Source: the human T2T-CHM13v2.0 reference genome, Homo sapiens
Reading direction: 5' to 3' (one strand)
DNA length: 64,000 nt
Assembly: GCF_009914755.1 (NCBI RefSeq)
Contig: NC_060928.1
Shown: in pieces, positions 16,421-30,113 of the stretch
Layout of the letters: each line of letters starts with the position of its first letter
Position numbering within the stretch: position 1 is the stretch's first letter
The notes under the pieces: generated by a model
The model's input: the letters and a program-made list of their open reading frames with translations, nothing else
Database searches by the model: none
What the model was told of the DNA's origin: nothing
Made by a program: the position numbers and the translations under genes

Positions 16421-19400
16421 GAATTCTAACCAATGAAAAAATAAGTGAGAATAAAAATCTGCAGGATAGGGAAATTTTTTTGAATTGTGGGCTGTATATA
16501 GCTAAAGATAAAGAAATTTAGATAAAGAGAGGATGGGAAAAGCTTTATATTTTCTATAGATATGCAGTTTTTAAGTAAAAATGATATATTAAAGGAAAAG
16601 ATGATAATATTAAGAGTTTAAAATAGCATGTCATCTTATCATGGATGGAGAGCTTTTCAGAGTAAGAATGTTCTAATGGTCTTTTGTGAAACAAGGCTGA
16701 AGTATGGGAAAGAGGAAGATTTCTCAATGTAACATCTTCTTAGAAGCAGTGAAGCAGTGCCACAGTGGGAGGAAGTCCTTGGTACCTTACGTTCATGTAA
16801 AAGTAGAGAAATGGGCATATGGTTATGAGTGCCAGAAATAGGATAGCAATGAAAGATTAAGGAAAAAAAAACACTAAATAATATAAGGAGGGGCATCATG
16901 TGCTAATAAAGGAAAACACAACATTTCCTATGATTTTGAAACCACATCAAGTTGGTAAAATCCAACAATTTTTGATCTACAAAAGCTGCACTTTTCTGAA
17001 ATTCAAGCTAATATTTATGCTTTGTATGATCATAAAAGTCTAAAAAGCGGGATGATAAAAAGACAGTTTGGTAATAAAATAATAAGCATTATTTTATTTT
17101 TTATTACATGTAATCAGAATAAAGATGTTGTATTTTAAATTTTAAATTAAAAATGGCAGTAAACAATGTAAACCCGTCGGATATGTCATAGAATTTGGAA
17201 AAATGAAGAAATCAATGTGGGGTAGTGTGTTCAGAGAAAGCATTCCAGTGAGGAATTAAATTAAGCCTAAAAAGATGACTGGAAGAAGAGACATTCCTGG
17301 ATTGGGGGTGAGAAAGATCTAAGCAAAAAGAAGGAGAAACCTGTTTTAAATGTTGAGATGGATTGTCGTAAGAATGTCATGACTGATGTAAAGCCAGGGG
17401 AATCTCATAGACTAGTAAGATATTTGACTCCCATATTAAAGTCTGCTTTAGATTGAGATAGTCCATTTCACAATGACAATCATTTAGACAATCTAAAAAG
17501 GAGAAATGACAATAGTGTGTAAGCCCTGCTATTCTTTTACACATAGCTAATACTGAATAGCAACCAGTATAATGGGTGGCATTTCTGAAGTGAGACATCT
17601 CATGTCATTCTGCAAGCTTGTATGTGACCAGAAGGTCACATTGTGATGGTAATAGACGTTCACATCAGTTCCTTTTCTCTGGGACTCCAAGAGTATAATA
17701 TAATCAGCACATCAAATATATTTCAAATATGTCATTTTCATGAAGCATAGTTATCAATGAAATACATGTCACTAAAGAAGATTATTTTCTGGCTTTCTTT
17801 AAATTGTTTGTTCATTTGTTTTAGAAGCTAGCAGAGATAATTCCTATAGGCATTGAAATGAAGATGTGTATTATTGGTGAAGAGCCCTTTAATTATTTGA
17901 ATGAGTTTCTGTTTAATGAACTCAGGAGTAAAACACTAATGGGCACTAAAATATGGTTACACCTGCAGATCACCTAACTGAAAATTTTAAATGGTCTGTC
18001 ACCCAAAGAAGGTCAGCAAGTGCAATTACAAAATACAGGTTAATCGAAGAATCTTACTACTACTGATAGTGTAGAGTTTTTGATAAGAAATCAACATTCT
18101 GCTAAAAACGGCTACTGTTAATTTACATAGGATCATAGCTGCATTCACACAGAAAGGAATTCTACCTCATAATGAGGAACCTTTCATTTGTGCTGAAAAA
18201 TTTCAAGAATGAGAAGTGCCAAAATTAGAACAACTCACACTAAAGGAAAATGAATATGTATCCCTCAATATAAGTGAAACAAAAAAGTAGTGTATATGAT
18301 AAATTAGATATTAATAAAGAGGGAGGCCATCTTTTAACTCAGTTCTGCCTTTGAAATTCTAATGATACAAGTCGTTTTGCTTTGTTTTCTGCACTTGCTT
18401 TTTGTCTTGCTACAGAAAACCATTTTCCTCTCAGCTTTTAGAAGTTTAAACACACACACTCCACTCCCACATATCACACACCCATGCCCACAGACTCATA
18501 CACAGGACCTGGAAATCTTTGCTTTTCATTATCCACTTAACATTGTCCCCTCTTTCATAAAGTGTAACATTATGTTTTATGTATAGAACAGGAGAATAAT
18601 AAGTCAGAAGAGGAGTAATGATCGTGTAAAGAGCTTACAGCCAATTTGTTCTACAAGCTTGCTTTTAAACAGACATACATTTTAGAGTGTACTGGTTTTT
18701 AGTTCCACAAGAGAAGACATAAATATTATCAACTCCATGTAAGTCTGGCACCTGTTAAATTATTCAAATGGCTTAGTAATTATTAATTAAGATATTGTCT
18801 AATCTTCAACTTCCATTTTAAACTTTCCCCCTGTTTCAGATGGGATAATAGGGTATTTGTATATTCATTTATGTGTTTGTTTTCTTGATCAGCTTTGGAA
18901 GTTATTCGGTCATTTACAAAATTTATTAAATTAAATTATAACTAAAATGGATGGCAGAAATTCAAACACAATAGAAATGAATTTGTTCTTATAAGACATC
19001 CCCAAACAGCTGTGCTGTAGGGGTTTATGTCCTTAAGGGATAATTTTTTATTTTAAACAATTGTTTAATGTCACAAGGGACTATAATATTCATTTTTCCC
19101 AGACAGTTGGTATTTGAATTGCAAAAATTCTGCAAATACACAATTATGCTATCTCTGACAAAAATGCTTAGAATACTGCTTAATTTAGTCCTCACTTAAT
19201 TGATAGCCCTCCAGTGCTTCAAATCATTAGTTACCGCAATGTGGTTTGTAGGTTTCATTGACATTTATTTTTTAAATCACTGTGCTGAGAAGTAGACAGA
19301 AAAATCATTGGTAGAGCCTGTTCAATTAGTTGAAGAAGCTAAATGTAATAATGGTTTCCCAAAATATCAAGTATAGAAGGTAAATATTTTTCAAGTATGC

Positions 19401-19629
19401 TGTTTTTGACTATGGGAAATCAGTGCCCCTGACTTGCAAATATACCACAAGTTGGGCCTTTACTCCAATTAATAACTAGTAACCTCTAAATGCTTTTAAT
19501 AAGTATTATCTCTTTTCTTTCTCTTCTTCTTTACTTTTCTCTTTTGGTGCATATTATGATCTTATTTCTACTCTCAATAAATGTGTGCATATGTATATTC
19601 ATATACATAGATATATACATGCATATAGT

Positions 19630-19785
19630 GACTACGTTGAAAATATATACACCAAACCTTAGCAGTGAGTCAATCTGAATAATCATGGGACTACGGATTG
19701 TTTTTACTTAATTCTGTGAGCTTTGATATTTTTTCAGATGTTCTCTAATAACTATATTTTATTTTCATACTAGAAATCATAAATA
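19630..19785 (+). mobile_element. L1ME-like 3' end fragment
   Basis: ATATACACCAAACCTTAGCAGTG...GGGACTACGGATTGTTTTTACTT resembles an old L1M 3' terminus. Confidence 0.45.
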
Positions 19786-20079
19786 TACTATATATGTATT
19801 TTAAATTAAAAAGAGAATGTAGCTATTAGGAAATCAGAGTAGGCAATTAAAAAGAAGGAAGAGGGGAGAATGAACAATATCCATTTTTAAACTAATATTT
19901 CAGCATCTGCTATTTTCAGGCATTGTGTTAGTCCAGATAATTGTAGTGCATATCTTCCAGTTCTATGCATATCGCATATTTGTGAAATATTTTTACAACA
20001 TGGAAATCATAAGGTATATGTTGATTTAAAAAGTGCTTTTATTTTATAATATGTTATGCGCATTTAAATATATGTTTCA

Positions 20080-20870
20080 CATCTTTCTAAATCCTCAATC
20101 TTCATGAAAATCACCATCATCTTCCTGACTTTTCAAGCCAAAGGTTTGCCCTTAATTTCATTTTTTCTTCTTCTGTTTCGCCTGTAAATCCAATCCAGCT
20201 GCAACAACCATTGTCTCTACCTGCAACTACATAGTAAATGTATACATTTTTCATCTCCATTGATAACACTCCAGACTCCGTCATTGTTCACTTGAAATTC
20301 TAGAATAGCCTCCTGTCTCATTTTAAACCTGCCTCTGTAGTCCATTATTTTCACCATGACCAGAAAGATATATTCAAACCATAGCTCAAACTATGTTAGT
20401 TCCCCCAGTTAAATCATTTCAACTGAACATGTAATTGGCGCAAATGTGTATAAAATCCAAACTTCTTAACCTGGCTTTAAACCTTACAAAATCTGACCTT
20501 GCAATTTCTCTGATCTCCTGTTTTACAATTCTCCCTTTCCCACTCAGAATGCTAAATTCTAGCTGCATAGACCTGTGTCAATTCCTCAAACTCTGTTCTT
20601 TCCCAATTTTTGTCTTTCCACTGACTCTTTTCTCTACCCAGAATATTTTCCCCAGTCTTCCTATCTGTCCTATCTTGTTATCCAGCTTCTAGCCAAACTG
20701 TCACTATCATGTTATTTCTCTTCAGAGCACTTGTTGCCACCTGACACTTTTCTAATAGATGTTAATTAATAGATTGATTAGATAGAGTATTGCTTTCTTC
20801 ACACTAGAACATACTCTCTGTGAAGGCAGTGACCCATTTGCTTCATTCACCTCTATATTCCCAGAGGAAA
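20080..20870 (+). mobile_element. L2 LINE 3' fragment
   Basis: TCACTTGAAATTCTAGAATAGCCTCCTG, ATAAAATCCAAACTTCTTAACCTGGC and CACTAGAAC..CTCTGTGAAGGCAG are typical of the L2 3' region. Confidence 0.7.
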
Positions 20871-21894
20871 AAAACTTATGTTCTCATGGTAAGGTTCAGA
20901 AAACCTTCCAAAGCACACTCTGTTCTGCTATGTTGCAGAATTAGAGTTCTGTTCCCCTTAGCCCTGCCAGCTCATGTACAATTGGTAAGTAGGGAAATGA
21001 CGTCAGCATAATGCAAAAGTCATGTCTGTCTGTTCACATTTTTTTCCTAGAAAATTAATATTTTAAGTGAATAGGGCAAGTTTTTCAAAATTAAAGATAA
21101 AGTCTGGACATATATGAAGTTCTTACTTAAATATAATCCTAAAGCAATATCTTTATTTTGAAAAATGGCTTGTGTAGTGGCATCAAAGATTGCTACACTT
21201 TGCACTCATTGGCTATCTGAAAGAATATAGATGACACAGCTGTAAATATAGTGCTATCTCCCTCCAAACTTAAAAATGATTGATTGAAAAATCTACGGTC
21301 CTACTCAATTTTTACCTTTCATGAAATTGGTCTTTATTTTAGTGAATATCTCCAAGCCTGTACATTTTGAAGAAGGAAGCATGAGCTGCAAGACTTTAGT
21401 CGGCCAGGAATTGATTGTTGCTGCTTGCAAATGGTTGCAGCAATTTAACTGTGGCAGGAATTTTATTAAGAATATTATTCTTTGATTTGTGCTCTAGCTA
21501 CAAAATTCCATAGGTTTTGAGTGGTCTTTCACAGTCCTACTTTTTCCTATTTATTGAGTAGGTTTGTAGAAAGCAGAGGTGTTTAGTAATGGCATTTCAG
21601 CAGAAATACTTGAACTTAATAGTGCTCATTTGTGCAAGATTGACTATGTTTGAAGTTCAGTACAGGGATATGAAAAAGTAAAATAATAAAAAAGGAAATT
21701 AGGTCTTTCATCTGTCTCATTCAGCCTAAAATATATAACCTAGCTGGAAGCTTTCCCTTTTAGAATATTGCTACATATTAATTTACACAAAAGGTATGCA
21801 GAGAAGCCTATCTGATCATTTAGTAATATATGTACTGTTGATTTCCTAATAAGATCATGCCTAACGTAAGGTATCTTCATATAGTTTATGCTGT

Positions 21895-22030
21895 ATCCAT
21901 TCATATATTCATTTACTCAACAAATATTTACTGATCACCACCACTACCCTAACCCCAGATCCAGGCCGTGTGTAACATTCTCAGTATTTAGTCAAGAATG
22001 AGAGAGTTTCTACCTTTAAGGAGCTTTAAA
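21895..22030 (-). mobile_element. L2 3' terminus
   Basis: CATTTACTCAACAAATATTTACTGATCACC (reverse L2 tail). Confidence 0.6.
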
Positions 22031-22259
22031 GTTGATATTCTATAATCATTTTAGCTCTGAATCAATGCACTTTCCTTGCCTCGGGAATATACTGGACAAA
22101 AAGCATTTCTTAAATGTCTTATTGACTTAATATATAGCTACTTAGTACATCTTCATTGGGAAGACTTATTTTACACTAAGCCTACAATTATTTGTGATGC
22201 CAAATGCAAAATGTGTCTTCCCTTTATATTGTTGCTTTGGGGAGTACTGCCTTCACTCC

Positions 22260-22560
22260 TATGATTTTTCATTAGTATGTTATTTTTATAGGTTATTTGT
22301 TGTCTTTGCATTCTGAAGTTGCACACAAACACGTTTAGGTCTAGATATGGTTTTATCTGATCTTCTTCAGATTAGCTTGTGTTCATATGTGAGACAATGT
22401 TTTTCATTAGTTGATGTGAGAATTATGTTTTTCATTAATTCTGGGAAGCCCTCCTACATCATCACTTCAATTACTATTGTCCTCCATTCTTTTCCTTCTG
22501 AAATTCCAGTTTATATATATCAGGTCTCATATAGAGAATTATAAGTTATTTGAAATCTGC
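22260..22560 (-). mobile_element. Ancient L1M/HAL1 ORF1 fragment, left part (split by L1PB)
   Basis: TTCATTAATTCTGGGAAGCCCTCCTACATCATCACTTCAATTA resembles the reverse ORF1 'IIEENFPEL' region. Confidence 0.5.
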
Positions 22561-22569
22561 TTTTAAATT

Positions 22570-25500
22570 TTCTTCTATTTTATTTCAGTAGTTTTCAGGG
22601 AACAGGTGGTTTTTGTTTACACAGATAAGTTCTTTAGTAGTGATTTCTGAGATTTTGGTGCACGCATCACCTGACCAGTGATTGAACCCAATGTGTAGCC
22701 TTTTATCTCTCACCTCCATCCCATCATTCCTGTTGTGTCCCCAATGTCCATTATATCATTCTTATGCCTCTGAGTCCTAATAACTTAGCTCTCACTTATA
22801 AGTGAGAACATACAACATTTGATTTTCCATTTCTGAGTTACTTCACTTAGAATAATGGTCTCCAGCTCCATCCAGGATACTGTGAATGCCATTATTTCAT
22901 TCCTTTTTATGACTGAGTAGTATTCCATCATATATATATGCCACATATTCTTTATCTACTTGTTGGTTGATGGGCATTTAAACTGGTTCCATATTTTTGC
23001 AGTTGTGAAGTGAGCTACTATAAAGATGATTGTTTATGTGGCATATGTAAGTCTTTTACATATAACAACTTCTTTTCTTCTGGGTGGGTACCCAGGAGTC
23101 AATGACTGGATCAAATGGTAGTTCTACTTTTAGTATTTTAAGGAATCTCCGTACTGTTTTCCATAGTGCTTGTACTAGTTTATATTCCCACCAACAGTGT
23201 AAAAGTGTTCTCTTTTCACCACATCCATGCCAATATCTATTATTTTAAATTTTTTAAATTATGGCCATTCTTGCAGGAGTAAAGTGTTATGTCATTGTAG
23301 TTTTAATTTGCATTACCCTAATAGTTAATGATGTTGAGCTTTTTTTATGTTTGTCGGCCATTCGTATATCTTCTTTAGATAATTTTCTATTCATGTCTTT
23401 TACCCACTTTTTGATGGGATTATTTGTTTTTTTTTTTTCTTGCTGATTTGTTGGAGTGTTTTGTAGATTCTGGATATTAGTCCTTTGTCGGATGCACAGT
23501 TCGTGAATATTTTCTCCCACTCTGTGGGTTATCTGTTTACTCTGCTGATTATTTCTTTTGCTATACAGAAGCTTTTGAGTTTAATTAAGTTCCATCTATT
23601 TATTTTTGTTTTTGTTGTTTGCTGTTGGATTCTTGGTCATGAACTCTTTGCCTAACCCAATGTCTAGAAGAGTTTTTCCAATGTTATCATTTAGAATGTT
23701 TATGGTTTCAGGCCTTAGATTTAAGTCTTTGATCCATCTTGAGTAGATTTTTGTATAAGGTGAGAGAGGAGGATTGAGTTTCATTCTTCTACATGTGCTT
23801 TGCCAATTATCACAGCACCATTTGTTGACTATGGTATCCTTTCCCTAATTTATGTTTTTGTTTGCTGTGTCAAAAATCAGTTGGCTGTAAGTGTTTGGGT
23901 TTATTTCTGGGTTCTTTATTATGTTCCATTAGTCCACTTGCCTATTTTTATACCAGTACCATGCTATTTTGGTAACTATAACCAAAGTGATGTGAAGCCT
24001 CCAGATGTGTTCTTTTTGCTTAGTCTTACTTTGGCTATGTGGGCTTTTGCCGTTTTTTGGTTCCATATGAATTTTAGGATTGTTTTTTCTAGTTCTGTGA
24101 AGAATGATGATGGTACTTTGACGAGAATTGCATTGAATCTGTAGATTGCTTTTGGCAGTATGGTCATTTTCACAATATTGATTCTATCCATCCATGAGCA
24201 TGGAATGTGTTACCATTTGTTTGTGTCATCTGTGATTTCTTTCAGCAGTGTTTTGTAGTTTTCTGTGTAGAGATCTTTCACTTCCTTGGTTAGGTATATT
24301 CCTAAGTATTTTAATTATGTATTTATTTTTGCAGTTATTATAAAAGGGATTGAGTTCTTGATTTGATTCTCAGCTTGGTAGCTGTTGGTGTATAGCAGTG
24401 CTACTGATTTGTGTACATTGATTTTGTATCCTGAAATTTTACTGAATTTATTTGTCAGTTCTAGGAGCTTTTTGAATGACTCTTTATGGACTTCTAGGTA
24501 TACAATCATATCTTTGGCAAACAGCTACAGTTTGACTTCCATTTTATTGATGTGGATGGCTTTGTTTCTTTCTCTTGTCTGATTGCTGTGGCTAGGACTT
24601 TCAGTACTATGTTGAATAGAAGTGGTGAAAGTGGGAATCCTTGTCTTGTTCCAGTTCTCAGGGAGAATGCTTTCAACTTTTCCCCATTCAGTATAATGTT
24701 GGCCATGGGTTTGTCTTAGATGGCTTTTATTACCTTGAGGTATGTCCTTTCTATGCTAATTTTGCCAAAGGTTTTAATCATAAAGGAAAACTGGAGATTT
24801 CAAATGTTTTCTCTGTGTTTATTAAGATAATTATACAATTTCTGTTTTTAATTCTGTTTATGTGATGTATCACAATTATTGACTTGTGAATATTAAGCCA
24901 TCCCTGCATCCCTGGTGTGAAATCCACTTGATCGTGGTGTATTATCTTTTTGATATGCTATTGGATTTGGTTAGCTAATAGCTGGTTGAGGATTTTTGCA
25001 TCTGTGTTCATCAAGGATATTAGTCTGTAGTTTTCTTTTTTTGGTATGTTCTTTCCTGATTGTGGTATTATATTAGATTGACTTGCTTCATATAATGAAT
25101 TAGACTGGATTCCCTTTCTCTGTCTTTTAGAATAGCTTCAGTAAGATTGGTACCAGTTCTTCTTTGAATATCTGATAGAATTCATTTGTGAATCAATCTG
25201 GTCCTGGTTTTTTTTGTTGTTGACAATTTTTAAATTACAGTTCCAACCTCACTACTTGTTATAGGTCTGTTCATAGTTTCTATTTCTTCCTGATTTAATC
25301 TAGGAGGGTTGTATATTTCCAGGAATTTATCCATCTCCTCTAGATTTTCTAGTTTGTGCATGTAAAGGCGTTCACAGTAGCCTTGAATGATCTTTTGTAT
25401 TTCTGTGGTATTGGTTGTAATAGCTCCCATTTTGTTTCTCATTGAGACTATTTGGATCTTCTCCCTTTTTTTCTTGGTTAATCTCACTAATGTTCGATCA

Positions 25501-27547
25501 CTTTTGATTATTTTTTCAAATAAACAGTTTTATGTTTCATTTGTCTTGTATTTTTTTGTTTCAATTTCATTTAGTTCTGCTCTGATCTTTATTATTTCTT
25601 TTCTGCTGGGTTTGTTTTTGGTTTATTCTTGTTTCTCTAATTCCATGGGATATGACCTTAGATTGTCTAATTATGCTCTTTCAGACTTTTTGATGTAGGC
25701 AATTAATGCTATGAACTTTCCTCTGAGCACTCCTTTTGCTGTATTTCAAAGGTTTTGATAATTTGTGTCACTGTTATCATTCAGTTCAAATAATTTTTAA
25801 ATTTCCATCTTGATTTCAGTGTTGACCCAAAGATCATTCGAGAGCAGATTATTTATGTATAATCTGCTGTTATGTTACCATAACCTGCTGTTATGTATTT
25901 CTTGTTTTGGGGTTCCTTTTGGAGCTGATTTCCAATTTTGTTCTACTGTAGTCTGAGAGAGTACTTGATATAATTGTTTTTATCAAAAACAATTTTGTTT
26001 TTAATGGCTTGTTTGTGGCTTATCATATGGTCAATCTTGGAGAATGTTCCATGTGCTTAAAAAGAAAATGTATATCTTGCAGTTGTTGGATAGAATGTTC
26101 TGTAAATATCTGTTAAGTCCATTTGTTCTAGGGTATAGTTTAAATCCAGTGTGTCTTCATTGACTTTCTGTTTTGATTACCTGTCTGTGCTATCAGTGAA
26201 GTCCCCCACTATAATTGGGTTGCCATCTATCTCATTTCTTAGGTCTAGCAGTAATTGTTTTATAAATTTGGGAGCTCCAGTGTTAGGTGCATATATATTT
26301 AGGATTGTGATATTTTCCATTTGAATTACTTTTTTTTATCATTATATAATTTCCTTCTTTGTCTTTTCTGTCATTGCTTTAAAGTCTGTCTGTCTCATAT
26401 AAGAATAGCTACTCCTACTCACTTTTGGTTTCTATTTGTGTGGAATATGTTTTTCCACCCCTTTACCTTAAATTTATGTGAGTCCTGATGTGTTAGGTAA
26501 GTTTCTTGAAGACAGCAGATAATTGTTTGGTGGATTTTTAGCCATTCTGCCATTCTGTATCTTTTAAATGGAGCATTTAGGCCATTTACCTTCAGTGTTA
26601 GTATTGAGATGTGAAGTACTGTTCTATTATCATGCCAAATGCTGCCTAAATATCTTGGTTTTTGTGTGTATTGTTTTATAGACCCTGTGAGATTTATGTT
26701 TTAAGGAGGTTCTATTTTGATCTATTTTGATGTTTTGTTTCAGGATTTAGAGCTCCTTTTAGCATTTCTTGTAGTGCTGGCTTAGTAGTGGCAAATTTTC
26801 TCAGCATTTGTTTGTCTGAAAAAAGTTTTATCTCTCCTTCATTTATTAAGTTTAGTTTGCTAGATACAAAATTCTTGGCTGACAATTTTTTTTGTTTCAG
26901 GAGGCTAAAGATAGGACCCCAATCCCTTCTGGCTCGTAAGATTTCTGCTGAGAAATCTGCTGTTAATCTAAAGGTTTTCTTGTATAAGTTACCTGAATCT
27001 TTTGTCTCACAGCTCCTAAGATTGTTTCCTTCATCTTGATTTTAGATAACCTGATGACCATATGTCTAGATGATGATCTATTAGCAATGAATTTCCCAGC
27101 CGTTCTTTGAGCTTCTTTTATTTGGATGTCTAAATCTCTAGCAAGGCCAGGGAAGTTTTCCTCAATTATTCCCTCAAATAAGTTTTACAAACTTTTAGAT
27201 TTCTCTTCTTCCTCAGAGCACCATTTATTCTTAGTTTTAGTGATTTAACATAATCCCAGTTTTCTTGGATGGTTTGTTTACTTTTTAAAATTTATTTTCT
27301 TTGTCTTTGTCTTATTGGGTTGATTTGAAAGCCTTGTTTCTGAACTCTGAAGTTGTTTTTCCTACTTGTTCTGGTCTATTTTTTAAACTTTCCAGTGCAG
27401 TTTGCATTTTTCTAAGTGTGTCTTTCATTTCCAGAGGTTGTGAGTGATTTTTCTTTATATCTATCGCTTTTGAGAACTTTCATCCATATCCTGTATTTTT
27501 TTAAATTTAAGTTGGCTTTCACCTTTTTATGATATCTCCTTGAGTAG
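22570..27547 (-). mobile_element. L1PB1-like LINE, ~5 kb, 5'-truncated within ORF1
   Basis: 3' end GGGAACAGGTGGTTTTTG..AAGTTCTTTAGTAGTGATTTCTGAGATTTTGGTGCAC. Many ORF2 remnants ([32 protein letters not shown]). Possible TSD CTGCTTTTAAATT (22557) / CTACTTTTTAAATT (27548). Confidence 0.92.
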
Positions 27548-27549
27548 CT

Positions 27550-27900
27550 ACTTTTTAAATTGATTTACTTAAATTTAAATTTTGATGAGAATTTCTAATT
27601 CTAGAAGTTCTATTTTTCCCCAATATTTCTGATTTATATCTATATATAGTCTTTCTTTCTCACATTTAAATTTCTTAGTCAAAATAATGCTAATAATTTT
27701 TTATTTTCTTATTTTAAAGTTTCTGTTGAATAATTATGTTAATTGAATTTCCTTTGAGTTTAATCCTGGTGGGGTGGGGTGAGGAAATGTATGTACATAA
27801 GTATGTGTACATGCAGGTACCCTGACTCTTCTCATGGTGGAATGGTTCTTCATGTATTTTGTAGTTTTGGGTTGTGAGTTGTTGATTGGTTGGGCTTTGT
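27550..27900 (-). mobile_element. Ancient L1M/HAL1 fragment, right part
   Basis: T-rich degenerate L1-like sequence (TTTCTAATTCTAGAAGTTCTATTT) continuing the 22260-22560 piece. Confidence 0.4.
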
Positions 27901-28410
27901 CTATGGGAATCTTATGAAATGTATATTAAAATATATATGTCTCCAGATGTATCTTAGCTTTGTTTCTATAGAGATCTCCAGGAGTATTACTAATATCACT
28001 ACATTTTTTATGTTATTTTTTGGCAGCTGGGGGGGTGTGGATTTCTCAGTCTATGCAGGAAATATAAACAGGAATCCAACTAAGACAGAGATAAAGAAGG
28101 CCTGGGAATGTGAATATCAAGGAAGACAACTTTTGTCCCAACAATATCCAAGAATAAGACCAACAAATACGTAGGAAGATATTTTATTCACCTTCTCCTT
28201 TTCTCAGAAATGTTCACTCTATATGGGTCTTAACTTCATGCAGTAATCTCATTTCTACTTCCATTTTCTTGAGCCTGATGTCTCATATGCTGTTTAAAAC
28301 TTATCTACACATTACCCAACCACCCTAACAATAACTACAGAAGCTTCTCAGTTTCCTCATATTTGTCCCTTAGGGTTTTGGCAACATTAAAACTAACATT
28401 TTGGTAACAT

Positions 28411-28523
28411 TTTAAATAAGGTTGGCATAATATATTCCAAATATATATATATATATATTTATACTTATATTTATATATTTATATATTATATTTATATTTA
28501 AATAAGGTTGGCATAATATATGC

Positions 28524-28559
<36 letters not shown>

Positions 28560-28650
28560 GCATATATATACACATATAATATATTTGGCATATATTATAT
28601 GTGTATATACGTATAAGTGTGTATGTATGTATGTGTATATATATATATAA
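28411..28650. repeat. AT-rich duplicated and palindromic (TA)n complex
   Basis: Direct repeat TTTAAATAAGGTTGGCATAATATAT(T/G)CCAAATATATA at 28411 and 28497. Perfect 52-bp palindrome 28516-28567. Inverted repeat with 20-bp arms 28565-28609. Confidence 0.9.
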
Positions 28651-30004
28651 TTGGAACAGTTTTCATATTATCTAGTCTGATATATGGCTTCACATCATTT
28701 ATACAGAATGATGTTTATCTATCCCAGTAATTATAATAATAGAAATAATTTACCTGTATTCATGAGCTTTATCCTAACTATCTACTGGATATACTAGCTA
28801 TCTCACTTTTCTTTTTCTTCTTTTTTTTTTCTTGAAAAGCTGCATAGTTTTCTTGGCTTTGTCAAATTTATACAGTGCAACCACAAAAGAGATGGAGGCT
28901 ACAACTCTGATTATCACCTAAAATTTAGTTGCAGTGTCCAAACAGAAGAATAATGCCAAAAAGCTGGTATTGTTGTTAGTGATAATTCTTACTTATTGTT
29001 TCTTGAGAATAAGAAAATGCTACTTTTAGGGGTTTTCAAAAAATAAATAAATAAAAACAATTTCTTAAGCACCTTGCTGGTCCTGAAAGGTGCTTCAATT
29101 TGCTACAATTTTAATAGTTGAGAAGGGGATGGTAATCTAAGCTGGATTTCAAGGCGCAACCGTGAGTCTGGAATTGGTTATCAACAGAGATGAGGGCAAA
29201 CCAGAGACGTATTACAAAGTAAGGTTACAAAATAGTCATGGAATTTGACAAGCAATTAACCCTCCATGTTATGTTGCTTATTGAGTCAATAACTATTCCA
29301 AAAGAGAAGGGAGCCTTGTAATAACAACTCCAAGTTAGCTTCCAGCTTTCAAATTTGCCTGAGAGCCTAAGGTAAAAAATGAAAGACTAGACAAAGCATT
29401 TCATTGGGTTGTCAGTCTACGACATCAATCAAAATATTAAAGATTCATCATGTACAAAATATTGAGTACAGTTTGCAGGTAGGTTAGGAATTCATCTTCA
29501 GGTTCTCTTGGTTCACTCAATTGATCTAAGACCTAAGAAAGAAAGCTCTTATTGTCACCAATCAGAAATCTTTATGATATATTATCTAAGATTCATAATC
29601 TGTAGAAGCTCTTCCAAAGAAAGAGATCTCCTTTTTCCCAAACCGTGAACAAAGATACAAATACTTAGTGTTCTTATGCATAATAGCATACAAAAGCAGA
29701 TATTTTAGAATAAAATGGGAAATTTTCCTTCTTTTGTTTATAAAGAACAACTATTATATAGATTAATCAAACATAGTATATTAATCTCTTGTTCTCCGAT
29801 AAGAGGATATTAGAGTATATTGGAGACTGTTGTGATTTACAGCTCAAAACTGGAAAAAAAAAGTTTGATATATAAAGAAACCTAAAGCTTATATATTCTT
29901 GCATATTATTCTCCACATTAAAATTTATTTTCTGCTGTTTCTCATTCATGGCTACACTTTATGATCATTTTCAAGAACTTAACAAATAGTGAAAAACTGC
30001 GTAC

Positions 30005-30113
30005 TGCTCCACTTCAGAATGTTAAGTCAGAACTTCTGAGAGTGGAGCCCAAGAATTGGAATGATTATAAAAGTTCCATCAGATAATTTTACTATGTAAC
30101 TAGATTAAGAACT
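30005..30113. mobile_element. MER5-like hAT-Charlie MITE fragment
   Basis: TCAGAACTTCTGAGAGTGGAGCCCAAGAAT...TTAAGAACT. Confidence 0.55.

Noticed and set aside
23800-25698. Hydrophobic + strand ORFs resembling membrane proteins
   Set aside because: Antisense translations of T-rich L1PB ORF2.
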